A DNA stretch of 64,000 nucleotides from a virus (Duplodnaviria; Caudoviricetes): the IMG/VR virus record IMGVR_UViG_3300032050_000002, one strand, 5' to 3'. Position numbers and translations under genes: made by a program. Below, one piece after another: positions 17,996 through 27,307 of this stretch; position 1 is the stretch's first letter, and each line of letters starts with the position of its first letter. Under the pieces are notes generated by a model. The model made no database searches. It was not told the DNA's origin and was given only the letters and a program-made list of their open reading frames with translations.

Positions 17996-19759
17996 ATGAG
18001 TTTAAGTAAAGAACAGGTTCTAATGGAATATGTAAAGTGTCATAAGGATACTACATACGCATTAAGAACATATCTACAAACATACGATAATACGGTTTCA
18101 AAATACGTACCGTTAGAATTGTTTCCTGACCAAATTTCATTGTTAGAAGACTATGAGAATTACAATGAAAATATTGCATTGAAATATAGACAAGCTGGTG
18201 TAACAACAGTTACCGCGGCATGGGCGTCCAAAAAATTAGTATTGGCTCAAAAAACAAAACCTGAAAAAATTCTTATTATAGCAAACAAACTCGATACATC
18301 TCAAGAGATGGCTAATAAAATAAGGGCGTTTGTTGCTCAATGGCCTAAATGGACGGGTATTGATTTTGCCCCTGAAAAAAATTCACAAAAACATTATAAA
18401 TTAACAAATGGTTGTGAGGTAAAGGCGGTTGCGACATCAAAGGACGCTTTACGTGGTTTTACACCAACAATTCTTATATTTGATGAGGCGGCGTTTATTG
18501 ACGCGGATAGTGATTTTTGGGCGGCTTGTATGGCGTCACTATCAACAGGTGGTAAGGTTATTGTTATTTCAACTCCTAACGGATTTGACCCAATTTACTA
18601 TGAAATTTATGACCAAGCATTAAGAAATTTAAACGATTTTAAAGTATCTGAAATGTTTTGGTTTAGAGACCCAAGATATACAAAAGATTTATATTTTGTT
18701 AAAACTGACGATATTGTTCATTACCTTTTAAATAAAAACGACCATAAGAATGTGGAGATAATTGATTGGTCGGATAAGTCATTTAACAATAGAAATTTTG
18801 AGGAAGCCAAAAAGATAATGCAAGATGGATTCAAACCTTGTTCAGATTGGTTTGAAAAAATGGTTAAAAAATTAAAGTACGACAAACGAAAAGTATCACA
18901 AGAGTTGGAGTGTAATTTCTTAGGTTCTGGTGATAATGTATTTGATTCTAAACTTTTACAAAAAATACATGAAACTTATGTCAGAGAACCTGAAAATAAA
19001 ATGATGGGTAATTCTTTATGGATATGGAGAGAACCCGTTGTTGGTCACAAATATGTAATGGGGGTTGATGTTAGTAGAGGGGATAGCGAAGATTTTAGTT
19101 CATTTCAAATCATAGATTTTGATACAAGAGAACAAGTCGCAGAATACGTTGGTAAATTACCTCCCGACAATATGGCGGAGGTTTGTTATAAATGGGCAAA
19201 TATGTACAACTGTTTTATTGTTGTCGATATTACAGGAGGTATGGGAGTTTCAACATCAAGAAAACTTCAAGAGATGGGTTATAAAAACCTATATATTGAT
19301 GGTGTGGATATGATGAATAAATGGAAATATGTTGCAAATGCCGCAGATAAAATACCTGGAATAAACTTCAATAATAAAAGAGTTCAAATAATTGCTTCTT
19401 TTGAGGAGGCAATGAGACACGATTTTAAAATATATAGTAGTAGATTGTTTAACGAAATGAATACATTCATTTATGTTAACGGAAGACCAGACCATCAAAA
19501 AGGTCATCATGACGATTTAATTATGTCAATTGCTATGGCAACATATGTTGCGGAATCTTCTTTTAGTAGTTTAACAAAAGTAACAGAACAAACAAAGGCT
19601 ATGTTAAATTCTTGGTCGGTTAGTAATACTGAAAGTGTGTCAAATCAATTATCATTTAACCCTGTAATTCCGGTATATAATGAAAGACAGTCAACATCAA
19701 ATAACAGTTATACAAAAGAAGATTATATGAAATACGGTTGGCTATTTGGTCATCGTTAA
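17996..19759 (+). CDS. terL: Terminase large subunit (T4 gp17-like)
   Basis: KYRQAGVTT deviant Walker A, ILIFDEAAF Walker B, ISTPNG coupling motif, nuclease GVDVSRG...HDDLIMS. Confidence 0.95.
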   Translation: MSLSKEQVLMEYVKCHKDTTYALRTYLQTYDNTVSKYVPLELFPDQISLLEDYENYNENIALKYRQAGVTTVTAAWASKKLVLAQKTKPEKILIIANKLDTSQEMANKIRAFVAQWPKWTGIDFAPEKNSQKHYKLTNGCEVKAVATSKDALRGFTPTILIFDEAAFIDADSDFWAACMASLSTGGKVIVISTPNGFDPIYYEIYDQALRNLNDFKVSEMFWFRDPRYTKDLYFVKTDDIVHYLLNKNDHKNVEIIDWSDKSFNNRNFEEAKKIMQDGFKPCSDWFEKMVKKLKYDKRKVSQELECNFLGSGDNVFDSKLLQKIHETYVREPENKMMGNSLWIWREPVVGHKYVMGVDVSRGDSEDFSSFQIIDFDTREQVAEYVGKLPPDNMAEVCYKWANMYNCFIVVDITGGMGVSTSRKLQEMGYKNLYIDGVDMMNKWKYVANAADKIPGINFNNKRVQIIASFEEAMRHDFKIYSSRLFNEMNTFIYVNGRPDHQKGHHDDLIMSIAMATYVAESSFSSLTKVTEQTKAMLNSWSVSNTESVSNQLSFNPVIPVYNERQSTSNNSYTKEDYMKYGWLFGHR

Positions 19760-19773
19760 TATTTATACAAAAA

Positions 19774-20220
19774 ATGGGTTTAATCAGGAGAAATAAATCA
19801 GGTAGGTTTATTGGTGGAAGTAAATTAAACGTTCCGGGGCAAGGGATATATACTGTTGTTAGACAACCTAACGATAAAGAATCGATTAAGTCGCAGATAG
19901 AAAGAATCCCTAGACCAAGTCAAACTCCAACTCCAACAATAACACCAACAATACCTCCAACTCCAACAATAACACCAACAATACCTCCGACTCCAACACC
20001 AACACCAACTCCGAGTTTTACTCCGACACCAACACCAACACCAATAGAAATTTGTTATCTATCAACAGAATTTTTAGATTCAATAATAACTGAAAATGGT
20101 GATAATTTAATTGTAGATTGTCCCGAACCAACACCAGAAATTATTGACGCATTATTAATTGACGGTGAAACTTATTTATCACCAGGTGAAGACGAATATT
20201 TATTGTTTGTTGACCCATAA
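19774..20220 (+). CDS. Pro/Thr-rich low-complexity protein, putative tail/fibre-associated
   Basis: (PT)n tract; ICYLSTE..ITENGDNL motif; start moved to 19774. Confidence 0.6.
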   Translation: MGLIRRNKSGRFIGGSKLNVPGQGIYTVVRQPNDKESIKSQIERIPRPSQTPTPTITPTIPPTPTITPTIPPTPTPTPTPSFTPTPTPTPIEICYLSTEFLDSIITENGDNLIVDCPEPTPEIIDALLIDGETYLSPGEDEYLLFVDP

Positions 20221-20243
20221 TATAATATTTATAAAGTAAAAAA

Positions 20244-21596
20244 ATGCCAAATTTAACAGGTAAAACAATAGGACAATTAATAACACTAACGGGTATTACA
20301 ATAGATACACTATTTGCCGTAGAATATAGTGGTATAACATATAATATACCATTCTCAACCATAACTCAAACATTTGAGACTGGTTACCTTCCATTGAGTG
20401 GGGGTACTGTAACAGGGGTAACCGTATTTAATTCTGGGGTAACAATAAATCCAGATTTAGATGTTACAGGAAAAACAAAAACAAATACTTTGCAAGTGAT
20501 GTCTGGGGCCAGTCCAGGATATGTACTAACTTCAGATGGTAATGGAAACGCGACTTGGCAACCCACCGTAACAGGAGGAACCGTATATCAACCAGTGACA
20601 TTTAATAGTGGGGTAACATCAACAGAAGTTATAACACCACAAATTAAGACTGATAATGATATTAAATTTAGTTCCACAGTCCCAAATAAAAGGGCAAAAT
20701 TCTCATCAGACGAAAAAACATTTGTTGATTTAACAAGTGGTGAATGGTCAGTTGGTGTTACCACCCCAACTGCAAAAATGCACATTGCGGGAACAACTAA
20801 CGATTCTTCACAATACGCAGTAAAGGTTGAAGATAGTAGTGGAACGACTAATTTTTCCATTAGAAATGACGGATTAGTTACTATGGCGTTGGCTAAAACC
20901 AGTTTTATCGAATCTAATTCACCATTACTTATTAATAATGGTGACCAAGGTAATGTATATTTTGGTTCATTAAGCGCAATAACTGTGGATGTTGATAACA
21001 TTAGAATAGGTGTTGGAACTTTAACCCCAACTGAATCACTTGACGTTACAGGAAATACCAAAATAGGTGGAACACTTAATATTGGAACTATTGGCGGAGG
21101 AAGTCCAATCATTAATTTAGGTTTAGATAACAGTGGAAATGTCGTTACAGGAACAACAGGTTCAATTACTTATAGTGGTGTAGGATTTTCTTTTAGACAA
21201 CAATTAACAAGTGTAAATCCGTCTCAATTATCGACTTATTATACTACTGTCGTTAGTTCGAGTAGTCTTTTTTCAAGTCCAACATTAAACAAATATAATA
21301 TACCTTTTAACTGTACATTAATTGGTTGTACAATCACAACGTACGCTCTTGGTAGCGGAGGTTCGAATGAACTTTCCACCGTTTATTTTAGAATAAACAA
21401 TAACACAGATGTTTTATTATCAAATAATGTTTCATTTAGTGGAACTGCACCATTAATGCAATCGGTAATAAATTCAAGTCTTTCACAATCATTAAATGTG
21501 AATGACGAAGTTCAGATAAAATGGGAAACCCCTAATTGGATGTCAATACCAACATCTTGTGGAATTTTTGTTGACTTACATTTTATAAAAAATTAA
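20244..21596 (+). CDS. Putative tail fibre / structural beta-rich protein
   Basis: Gly/Thr-rich, GYVLTSDGNGNATW and VGIGT..PT..L.V.G repeats typical of Bacteroidota-phage fibres. Confidence 0.65.
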   Translation: MPNLTGKTIGQLITLTGITIDTLFAVEYSGITYNIPFSTITQTFETGYLPLSGGTVTGVTVFNSGVTINPDLDVTGKTKTNTLQVMSGASPGYVLTSDGNGNATWQPTVTGGTVYQPVTFNSGVTSTEVITPQIKTDNDIKFSSTVPNKRAKFSSDEKTFVDLTSGEWSVGVTTPTAKMHIAGTTNDSSQYAVKVEDSSGTTNFSIRNDGLVTMALAKTSFIESNSPLLINNGDQGNVYFGSLSAITVDVDNIRIGVGTLTPTESLDVTGNTKIGGTLNIGTIGGGSPIINLGLDNSGNVVTGTTGSITYSGVGFSFRQQLTSVNPSQLSTYYTTVVSSSSLFSSPTLNKYNIPFNCTLIGCTITTYALGSGGSNELSTVYFRINNNTDVLLSNNVSFSGTAPLMQSVINSSLSQSLNVNDEVQIKWETPNWMSIPTSCGIFVDLHFIKN

Positions 21597-21600
21597 AAAT

Positions 21601-21807
21601 ATGAGAATAGAATACGAATACGGTTTATTAAAACCAGACGGAACACCAAGAGAAGGTTGTAATAAAATTACATACAACGATGAGGGTGAAATGATTATGA
21701 AAGAATATTTACCAGATGGTCCACCAAAAGGATTAGCATTAGACGCAATTTTAAAAGCAACTCCGGAAGAATTAGAAGAGATAAAACGAATTCTTGGTAT
21801 TATATAA
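21601..21807 (+). CDS. Small hypothetical protein (possible fibre-associated protein)
   Basis: 68-aa ORF co-oriented 4 nt after the fibre gene. Confidence 0.5.
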   Translation: MRIEYEYGLLKPDGTPREGCNKITYNDEGEMIMKEYLPDGPPKGLALDAILKATPEELEEIKRILGII

Positions 21808-21874
21808 TTAAATCAATAATTACTTCAGTTTTTAAACTATTTAATTATAAAGATTTAAAGTTAAAATTATTACT

Positions 21875-23701
21875 ATGGAAAATAATAAGAACGAAAAGAA
21901 TTTAACGGTTTGGCAAAGACTACAAAGGGCTATGGGTCCTAACGCTTTGTTAAATCAGGATTATCCCACATATAAGTTTGATAAGGAACAATTACTTAAA
22001 ACAAACTCCAAACAAGAATACGAGAAAGAAAAATTACAAGCTCAACAAACATTTTACTTAGCAAATCAATGGGCGAAAATTGAAAGTAATCTTTATACTC
22101 AAGCAGTTTATTACGAACCAACAAGATTGGCGTCATTTTACGATTACGAAAGTATGGAGTATACTCCTGAGATTTCAACTGCTTTAGACATATACGCTGA
22201 AGAATCCACAACTGTTAATCAAAATGGTTATATGTTACAAATTTATTCAGAATCAAAACGTATTAAATCAATCTTGGCTGACCTATTCAACAATGTGTTA
22301 GATATCAATATTAATCTACCAATGTGGACAAGAAACGCTTGTAAGTATGGTGATAATTTTGTTTATCTTAAATTAGATTCTGAAAAAGGAATTGTTGGTT
22401 GTATGCAATTACCAAACATAGAAATTGAACGTTTGGAGAGAGGTATGCCAGCGAAAACATCCAGACTTGAAGAACCTGAAGAAAACAAAGGTTTAAGATT
22501 TAAATGGAAAACCAAGGATATGGAATTTAATTCTTGGGAAATTGCTCATTTTAGATTATTAGGTGATGATAGAAAATTACCATACGGAACCTCAATGTTA
22601 GAAAAGGCAAGACGTATTTGGAAACAATTATTATTATCTGAAGACGCGATGTTAATATACAGAACCGCAAGAGCCCCTGAAAGACGTGTATTTAAAGTAT
22701 TTGTAGGTAATATGGATGATAAAGATGTTGAGGCGTATGTACAACGTGTTGCTAACAAATTTAAAAGAGACCAAGTTGTGGATTCAAAGACAGGAAATGT
22801 TGATATGAGATTTAATCAAATGGCGGTTGACCAAGATTATTTTATCCCTGTTAGAGACCCGGCACAAGCATCACCAATTGAAACTTTACCAGGTGGTCAG
22901 AACATGGGAGAAATTGCGGATATTGAATACATCCAAAAGAAATTATTAACGGCTCTCCGAGTTCCAAAAGCTTTCTTAGGTTTTGAAGAACCAGTTGGTG
23001 GCGGAAAAGATTTATCATTATTAGATATTCGTTTTGCAAGAACAATTAATAAGATTCAAAAATCAATGATTGGAGAATTAAATAAGATTGCAATTATTCA
23101 TTTATTTTTATTAGGTTTTGAAGATGAGTTAAATAATTTTACACTAACATTAACAAATCCTTCTTCTCAAGCCGATTTATTAAAAATTGATGTTTGGAAA
23201 GAAAAATTATTAGCTTATAAAGACTCCGTAACCGCAATTGAAGGTATTGCTCCGACATCTGTATCTTGGGCTAAAAAACATATACTTGGATTCTCTGATG
23301 ATGAAATTAAACTTGACTTACAACAACAAAGAATTGAGAAGGCCGTTGGTGCTGAATTAACAGGAACTGCGACAATCATTACTCATACAGGTATATTTGA
23401 TAATGTAGATAAATTATATAAAGTTGTTACAGGTTCAACAGCATCTGCAGCAACTCCACCACCACCTCCTGGCGGAGGAGAACCTGGTGGAATGGGAGGT
23501 GAAGAAATGGGTGGAGGAGCTCCACCACCTCCACCGGCACCTGAAGCGGCGGTAACACCTGAGTCATTTAAAAAAGATAATTTAAATATTCTATTAGAAT
23601 CTGAAGGTCTAATTAATGAAGATTCTTACATAGATTTATCAAAGGCGAGAAATTCATTAGGAGAAATAGAAAAACAATTAAGAAATATTCTAAAAGATTA
23701 A
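21875..23701 (+). CDS. gp20: Portal protein (T4 gp20-like)
   Basis: EDAMLIYRTARAPERRVF, EDY-like DQDYFIPVR, I(E)TLPGG, LRVPKAFL, DIRFAR. Confidence 0.95.
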   Translation: MENNKNEKNLTVWQRLQRAMGPNALLNQDYPTYKFDKEQLLKTNSKQEYEKEKLQAQQTFYLANQWAKIESNLYTQAVYYEPTRLASFYDYESMEYTPEISTALDIYAEESTTVNQNGYMLQIYSESKRIKSILADLFNNVLDININLPMWTRNACKYGDNFVYLKLDSEKGIVGCMQLPNIEIERLERGMPAKTSRLEEPEENKGLRFKWKTKDMEFNSWEIAHFRLLGDDRKLPYGTSMLEKARRIWKQLLLSEDAMLIYRTARAPERRVFKVFVGNMDDKDVEAYVQRVANKFKRDQVVDSKTGNVDMRFNQMAVDQDYFIPVRDPAQASPIETLPGGQNMGEIADIEYIQKKLLTALRVPKAFLGFEEPVGGGKDLSLLDIRFARTINKIQKSMIGELNKIAIIHLFLLGFEDELNNFTLTLTNPSSQADLLKIDVWKEKLLAYKDSVTAIEGIAPTSVSWAKKHILGFSDDEIKLDLQQQRIEKAVGAELTGTATIITHTGIFDNVDKLYKVVTGSTASAATPPPPPGGGEPGGMGGEEMGGGAPPPPPAPEAAVTPESFKKDNLNILLESEGLINEDSYIDLSKARNSLGEIEKQLRNILKD

Positions 23702-23723
23702 TATTTATATAAAAAATATAAAA

Positions 23724-24440
23724 ATGAAATTTGGTATTATAAAATCAAAAATAGAAAAAGTATTATTAGAATCTTACTCTAATAACACATTTAAAGACGA
23801 AATTAAAAACTTTAATTATTTAGTTTTAGCAAATAAAAATTTAAGTAAACTATATTACTTGTATGATGAATTAAACTCCAACAAAGGATTAAATGAATCT
23901 GTTGCGAAAGACTATATTAACGAGTCAATTAAAATTTACGAAAATACCTTAAATAAAATAACTGAATCAGATTTAAAAAAATTAAATATTTGGTTATCTG
24001 ATGTTAAATGTAACAACATTTATGAACACGTTGATAACGTTTTTAATTTAGATGTGTTAAACATAGAATCAAATATCAAAGCAAAAAAAGTTGTTACTGA
24101 GTCATTAAAAAGAACTCCTATTAAAAAACAAGAACCTGTTAATATTCCTATTAGTGCAATGGTTAAGGTCGCAAACAAAACAATCTCAAACTACGTAGAG
24201 AATTTAAATGAGTCTGAAAAACAAGAATTAACAAGACTTCTTAAAGAAGACGACAAAGATTTAAAGTTAAAATTTCAATTAGTTAAAGAAAGTCTTTTGA
24301 CAAAATTAGAGAATATGAAATCATCTGAATCGGACGTAACAATTCATTCAAGAATAGATGAAACATTAACAAAAGTTTCTTCAGAAAAATACGACAAGTT
24401 AACTTACTTTAAGTTAAAGAATTTAAACGAAAATCTTTAA
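23724..24440 (+). CDS. Hypothetical head-module protein
   Basis: 238-aa ORF between portal and protease; many LLE/LNE/INE sites. Confidence 0.7.
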   Translation: MKFGIIKSKIEKVLLESYSNNTFKDEIKNFNYLVLANKNLSKLYYLYDELNSNKGLNESVAKDYINESIKIYENTLNKITESDLKKLNIWLSDVKCNNIYEHVDNVFNLDVLNIESNIKAKKVVTESLKRTPIKKQEPVNIPISAMVKVANKTISNYVENLNESEKQELTRLLKEDDKDLKLKFQLVKESLLTKLENMKSSESDVTIHSRIDETLTKVSSEKYDKLTYFKLKNLNENL

Positions 24441-24625
24441 TTTGATTTAAACTTTTTTTGAACGTAAATTGCCTTCTTTAGAGAGTCCCTGTCCTTTACG
24501 GATTTTTTGGTGTACTCTTTTCTCTCAATCAATTCAGATTGTTGTCTTGTCTTAATAATCTTACTTTTGTAAATCTTCAGAGCTTTTTCAAGCGACATAT
24601 TTTTATCTAATTTTACAATAATCAT
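24437..24625 (-). CDS. rpsU: 30S ribosomal protein bS21 (62 aa)
   Basis: MIIVKL...SLEKALKIYKSK...RKEYTKKSV..R...KKAIY matches the S21 pattern; start moved to ATG 24625. Confidence 0.88.
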   Translation of the reverse strand: MIIVKLDKNMSLEKALKIYKSKIIKTRQQSELIERKEYTKKSVKDRDSLKKAIYVQKKFKSN

Positions 24626-24720
24626 ATTATACAAATATCGCCAATATAACAATTTTTTTGACAATGATATCATTTATACTTAATTTTTTTAAAAATAAAC
24701 TTTTAAACAAATGAAAATTA

Positions 24721-25182
24721 ATGAAAAAAGGAAAAACCTGTAAAATTCAGGGATTCAAAAAAATGAAATCGGTATATGGAACTGTAGATTCTGTCGATTT
24801 CAAATCTGTATATTTGAATATACAAACTTGGGTATTACCCATAAAACATTCTCTAAATTGGTCAAGGGTTGTTTTAAATATGAGTAGAGAAATAAAACAT
24901 TTAATATTTGAATTATTAGATAAGGATATGTTAAAAGATAATTTTATAGTTGATTTAGATTTAAGAGCAAGCGGAATTGTCGTATCAAAAAAATCATTTT
25001 TAAATCTTGAGATAAATTTTTACTTAAAAGAAGAAATGAATTTTAAATCTGAGAAATTAAAATCATATATGAAAAAGATTTCAAAAGAAATTTCAACCCA
25101 TATTTTTAACAAAAGTGAATATTTTACATTTAGTTTAAAGAAACAACCAAAAGAAAAAGTTGCACAAACTGATAATCTTTAA
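24721..25182 (+). CDS. Hypothetical protein
   Basis: 153-aa ORF divergent from bS21. Confidence 0.65.
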   Translation: MKKGKTCKIQGFKKMKSVYGTVDSVDFKSVYLNIQTWVLPIKHSLNWSRVVLNMSREIKHLIFELLDKDMLKDNFIVDLDLRASGIVVSKKSFLNLEINFYLKEEMNFKSEKLKSYMKKISKEISTHIFNKSEYFTFSLKKQPKEKVAQTDNL

Positions 25183-25203
25183 TATTTATATTAAAAAAAT
25201 ATT

Positions 25204-25926
25204 ATGGAATTAAAGATTTTAAAACCCGGACAATCAGGTAAGGGAATCCTTATCGAAGAAGATGCGGGCTATATTTCCCCAACGGATAGTAGAAATATGG
25301 ACATTATTAAAGAGTCCAAAAATATGTTAGACCACTCAAAACCATTTGAGTTTTATGCCGTATTACAGAAATACAATACACCAAATAGAAACGGTAGAGT
25401 TTACCCTGAAAATATCTTAAAAAGAGAGTCTCAGAATTATAAAAAAATGATTGAGAAGGGAACTTCTCTTTCTGAATTAAATCACCCTGAATCATCTTTA
25501 ATTGATTTGGATAGAGTATCTCACATTATTACAGATATTTGGTGGGACGGACCTATTCTAATGGGTAAACTTAAATTATTAACTTCACCAGGTTTTCATG
25601 AAAGAGGAATTGTATCAACAAAAGGAGATATGGCGGCAAACTATTTAAGACAGGGAGTGACTTTAGGTATATCATCAAGAGGAGTTGGCTCACTTAAAAA
25701 AGTTGGTGAACAAAATGAAGTTCAAGATGATTTTGAATTAATTTGTTTTGACTTAGTGTCTTCTCCATCTACACCTGGTGCGTATCTATTCTTAAATCCT
25801 GACGAAAGAACCAAATTTGAAGAGAACATTGAAGAAGAAAAAAAGATGAGAGATACAAATTCTTTGGGAGTTAACGATAAAAGTATTGACTTAATGAAAA
25901 AATTAAACGATTATTTGGGATATTAA
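25204..25926 (+). CDS. gp21: Prohead core protease (T4 gp21-like, S80/U9)
   Basis: NRNGRVY, ELNHP, GISSRGVGS, FDLVSSPSTPGA. Confidence 0.95.
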   Translation: MELKILKPGQSGKGILIEEDAGYISPTDSRNMDIIKESKNMLDHSKPFEFYAVLQKYNTPNRNGRVYPENILKRESQNYKKMIEKGTSLSELNHPESSLIDLDRVSHIITDIWWDGPILMGKLKLLTSPGFHERGIVSTKGDMAANYLRQGVTLGISSRGVGSLKKVGEQNEVQDDFELICFDLVSSPSTPGAYLFLNPDERTKFEENIEEEKKMRDTNSLGVNDKSIDLMKKLNDYLGY

Positions 25927-25938
25927 TATCAAATAATT

Positions 25939-26157
25939 ATGAGTGAAATGGATGAAAAGTATTTTGTAGCGAAAATAACCATCGATATGGTTGACGCTGA
26001 ATCAGGAAAAGTTAAAAAACAAAAAGAAGAAAAATTGGTTAGAGGGTATTCTCCAACCGATGTTGAGGCGAAAGTAACAAAGATTTTTGAGGCTTATACG
26101 CAAGATTGGAGAATCACAGCAATTGTTGAAAGCAAAATTGATGAAGTGATAGAATAA
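25939..26157 (+). CDS. Small hypothetical protein
   Basis: 72-aa ORF followed by a terminator. Confidence 0.65.
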   Translation: MSEMDEKYFVAKITIDMVDAESGKVKKQKEEKLVRGYSPTDVEAKVTKIFEAYTQDWRITAIVESKIDEVIE

Positions 26158-26176
26158 ATCAAATTTCAATGATTTT

Positions 26177-26207
26177 AAAAGGAGGGAAATAAAATCCCTC
26201 CTTTTTT
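26177..26207 (+). terminator. Intrinsic terminator
   Basis: aaaaggaggga-aataaaa-tccctcctttttt. Confidence 0.85.
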
Positions 26208-26230
26208 GTTTTCAGCATATTTATATTAAT

Positions 26231-27220
26231 ATGAAATATTTTCTATCTGAAAAACAACTTAAAGTAATAGAAGAATCTTGGAAAAAAAAGGAAGAAGACC
26301 CTATTGCAACACATATTAGAAAATGTCTTAAAGATGTATACAAACCTTTAGGATTTTGGGGGTCAATTCAAAATCCTGATAATAACTGTGAAACTGGTGA
26401 AGGGGTTATTAGAGCATATCCTCATCTAGCCGGAGAAGACGAATGGTCAATATTAAATAGATTTGACACAAACACAAAAGTCAGAGACAGAATAAAACAA
26501 ATTTTTTTAGAAAAAAATCCTGGACAGGAATTAACATCAAGTAGTTTAATAGATTTTATTGAAAATAATAAAAAAGAACTATTTAATGGTGATTACACCG
26601 ATGAATTAGTTGCGCTTAATAAGTCAACAATTGAATCGGGTAATAGAAATGAAAAATTTGCAATCGATGTGCTAAAAAAATATTTTGGTGATACGGGAAT
26701 TATAAAAAGATTTTGTTCAGGTGATGTGAGAGACACGTTAAAAGGGATGGACTTATCAGTTGAGGTTGGGAGTGGTTCATTTCACGTACAGGTAAAACCT
26801 TTTGAAGAGGTTAAGAGTTATGTCGATGAAGAAAATGCCGACACTTATTTCCAATTAAAAACATATTATAATCCGTCAAAATATTCCGAAAAGAATGTTG
26901 ATATTATATTTTTTGTAAATTTTGATTCTCAAAAATATATTCTATTTGCAAATAATAAAAAATATATAGTCGCAAAATCAACAAACTCTGTCGCTTTTTA
27001 TGAACCGTATTTATTAACCAATATAGAATTTAACACCCAATACAAAAAAAGAAAACAATCTAAAAATAAACAAACCAAAAAAGATTATGTTAAAGATTTA
27101 TTTAAAGTTAACATAAGAAAACTTAAAGATTTGGAGTTTAAAAAAGAAGCGTTAGAGAAACTTATTCAGAAAGAAAAAAAGAAATTAGAATCAATAGGTC
27201 AAGGAAAATTAGACCTTTAA
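26231..27220 (+). CDS. Putative PD-(D/E)XK nuclease-fold protein with N-terminal LSEKQL motif
   Basis: GNRNE...GMDLSV...HVQVKP fits the E..D..(E/Q)xK catalytic pattern. Confidence 0.5.
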   Translation: MKYFLSEKQLKVIEESWKKKEEDPIATHIRKCLKDVYKPLGFWGSIQNPDNNCETGEGVIRAYPHLAGEDEWSILNRFDTNTKVRDRIKQIFLEKNPGQELTSSSLIDFIENNKKELFNGDYTDELVALNKSTIESGNRNEKFAIDVLKKYFGDTGIIKRFCSGDVRDTLKGMDLSVEVGSGSFHVQVKPFEEVKSYVDEENADTYFQLKTYYNPSKYSEKNVDIIFFVNFDSQKYILFANNKKYIVAKSTNSVAFYEPYLLTNIEFNTQYKKRKQSKNKQTKKDYVKDLFKVNIRKLKDLEFKKEALEKLIQKEKKKLESIGQGKLDL

Positions 27221-27307
27221 TTAAAATATTTATATTCATCAAGTGTTAAAATAAAAACTTTTTAACATTTGGATATATTTATATACAAATAAAACCAAAC
27301 AAAAAAA

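Noticed and set aside
18180-18210. Terminase Walker A lacking the GKT lysine (KYRQAGVTT) as a sign of inactivation
   Set aside because: Deviant K-x-R-Q-x-G-x-T Walker A motifs are known in T4-type terminases, and the other motifs are intact
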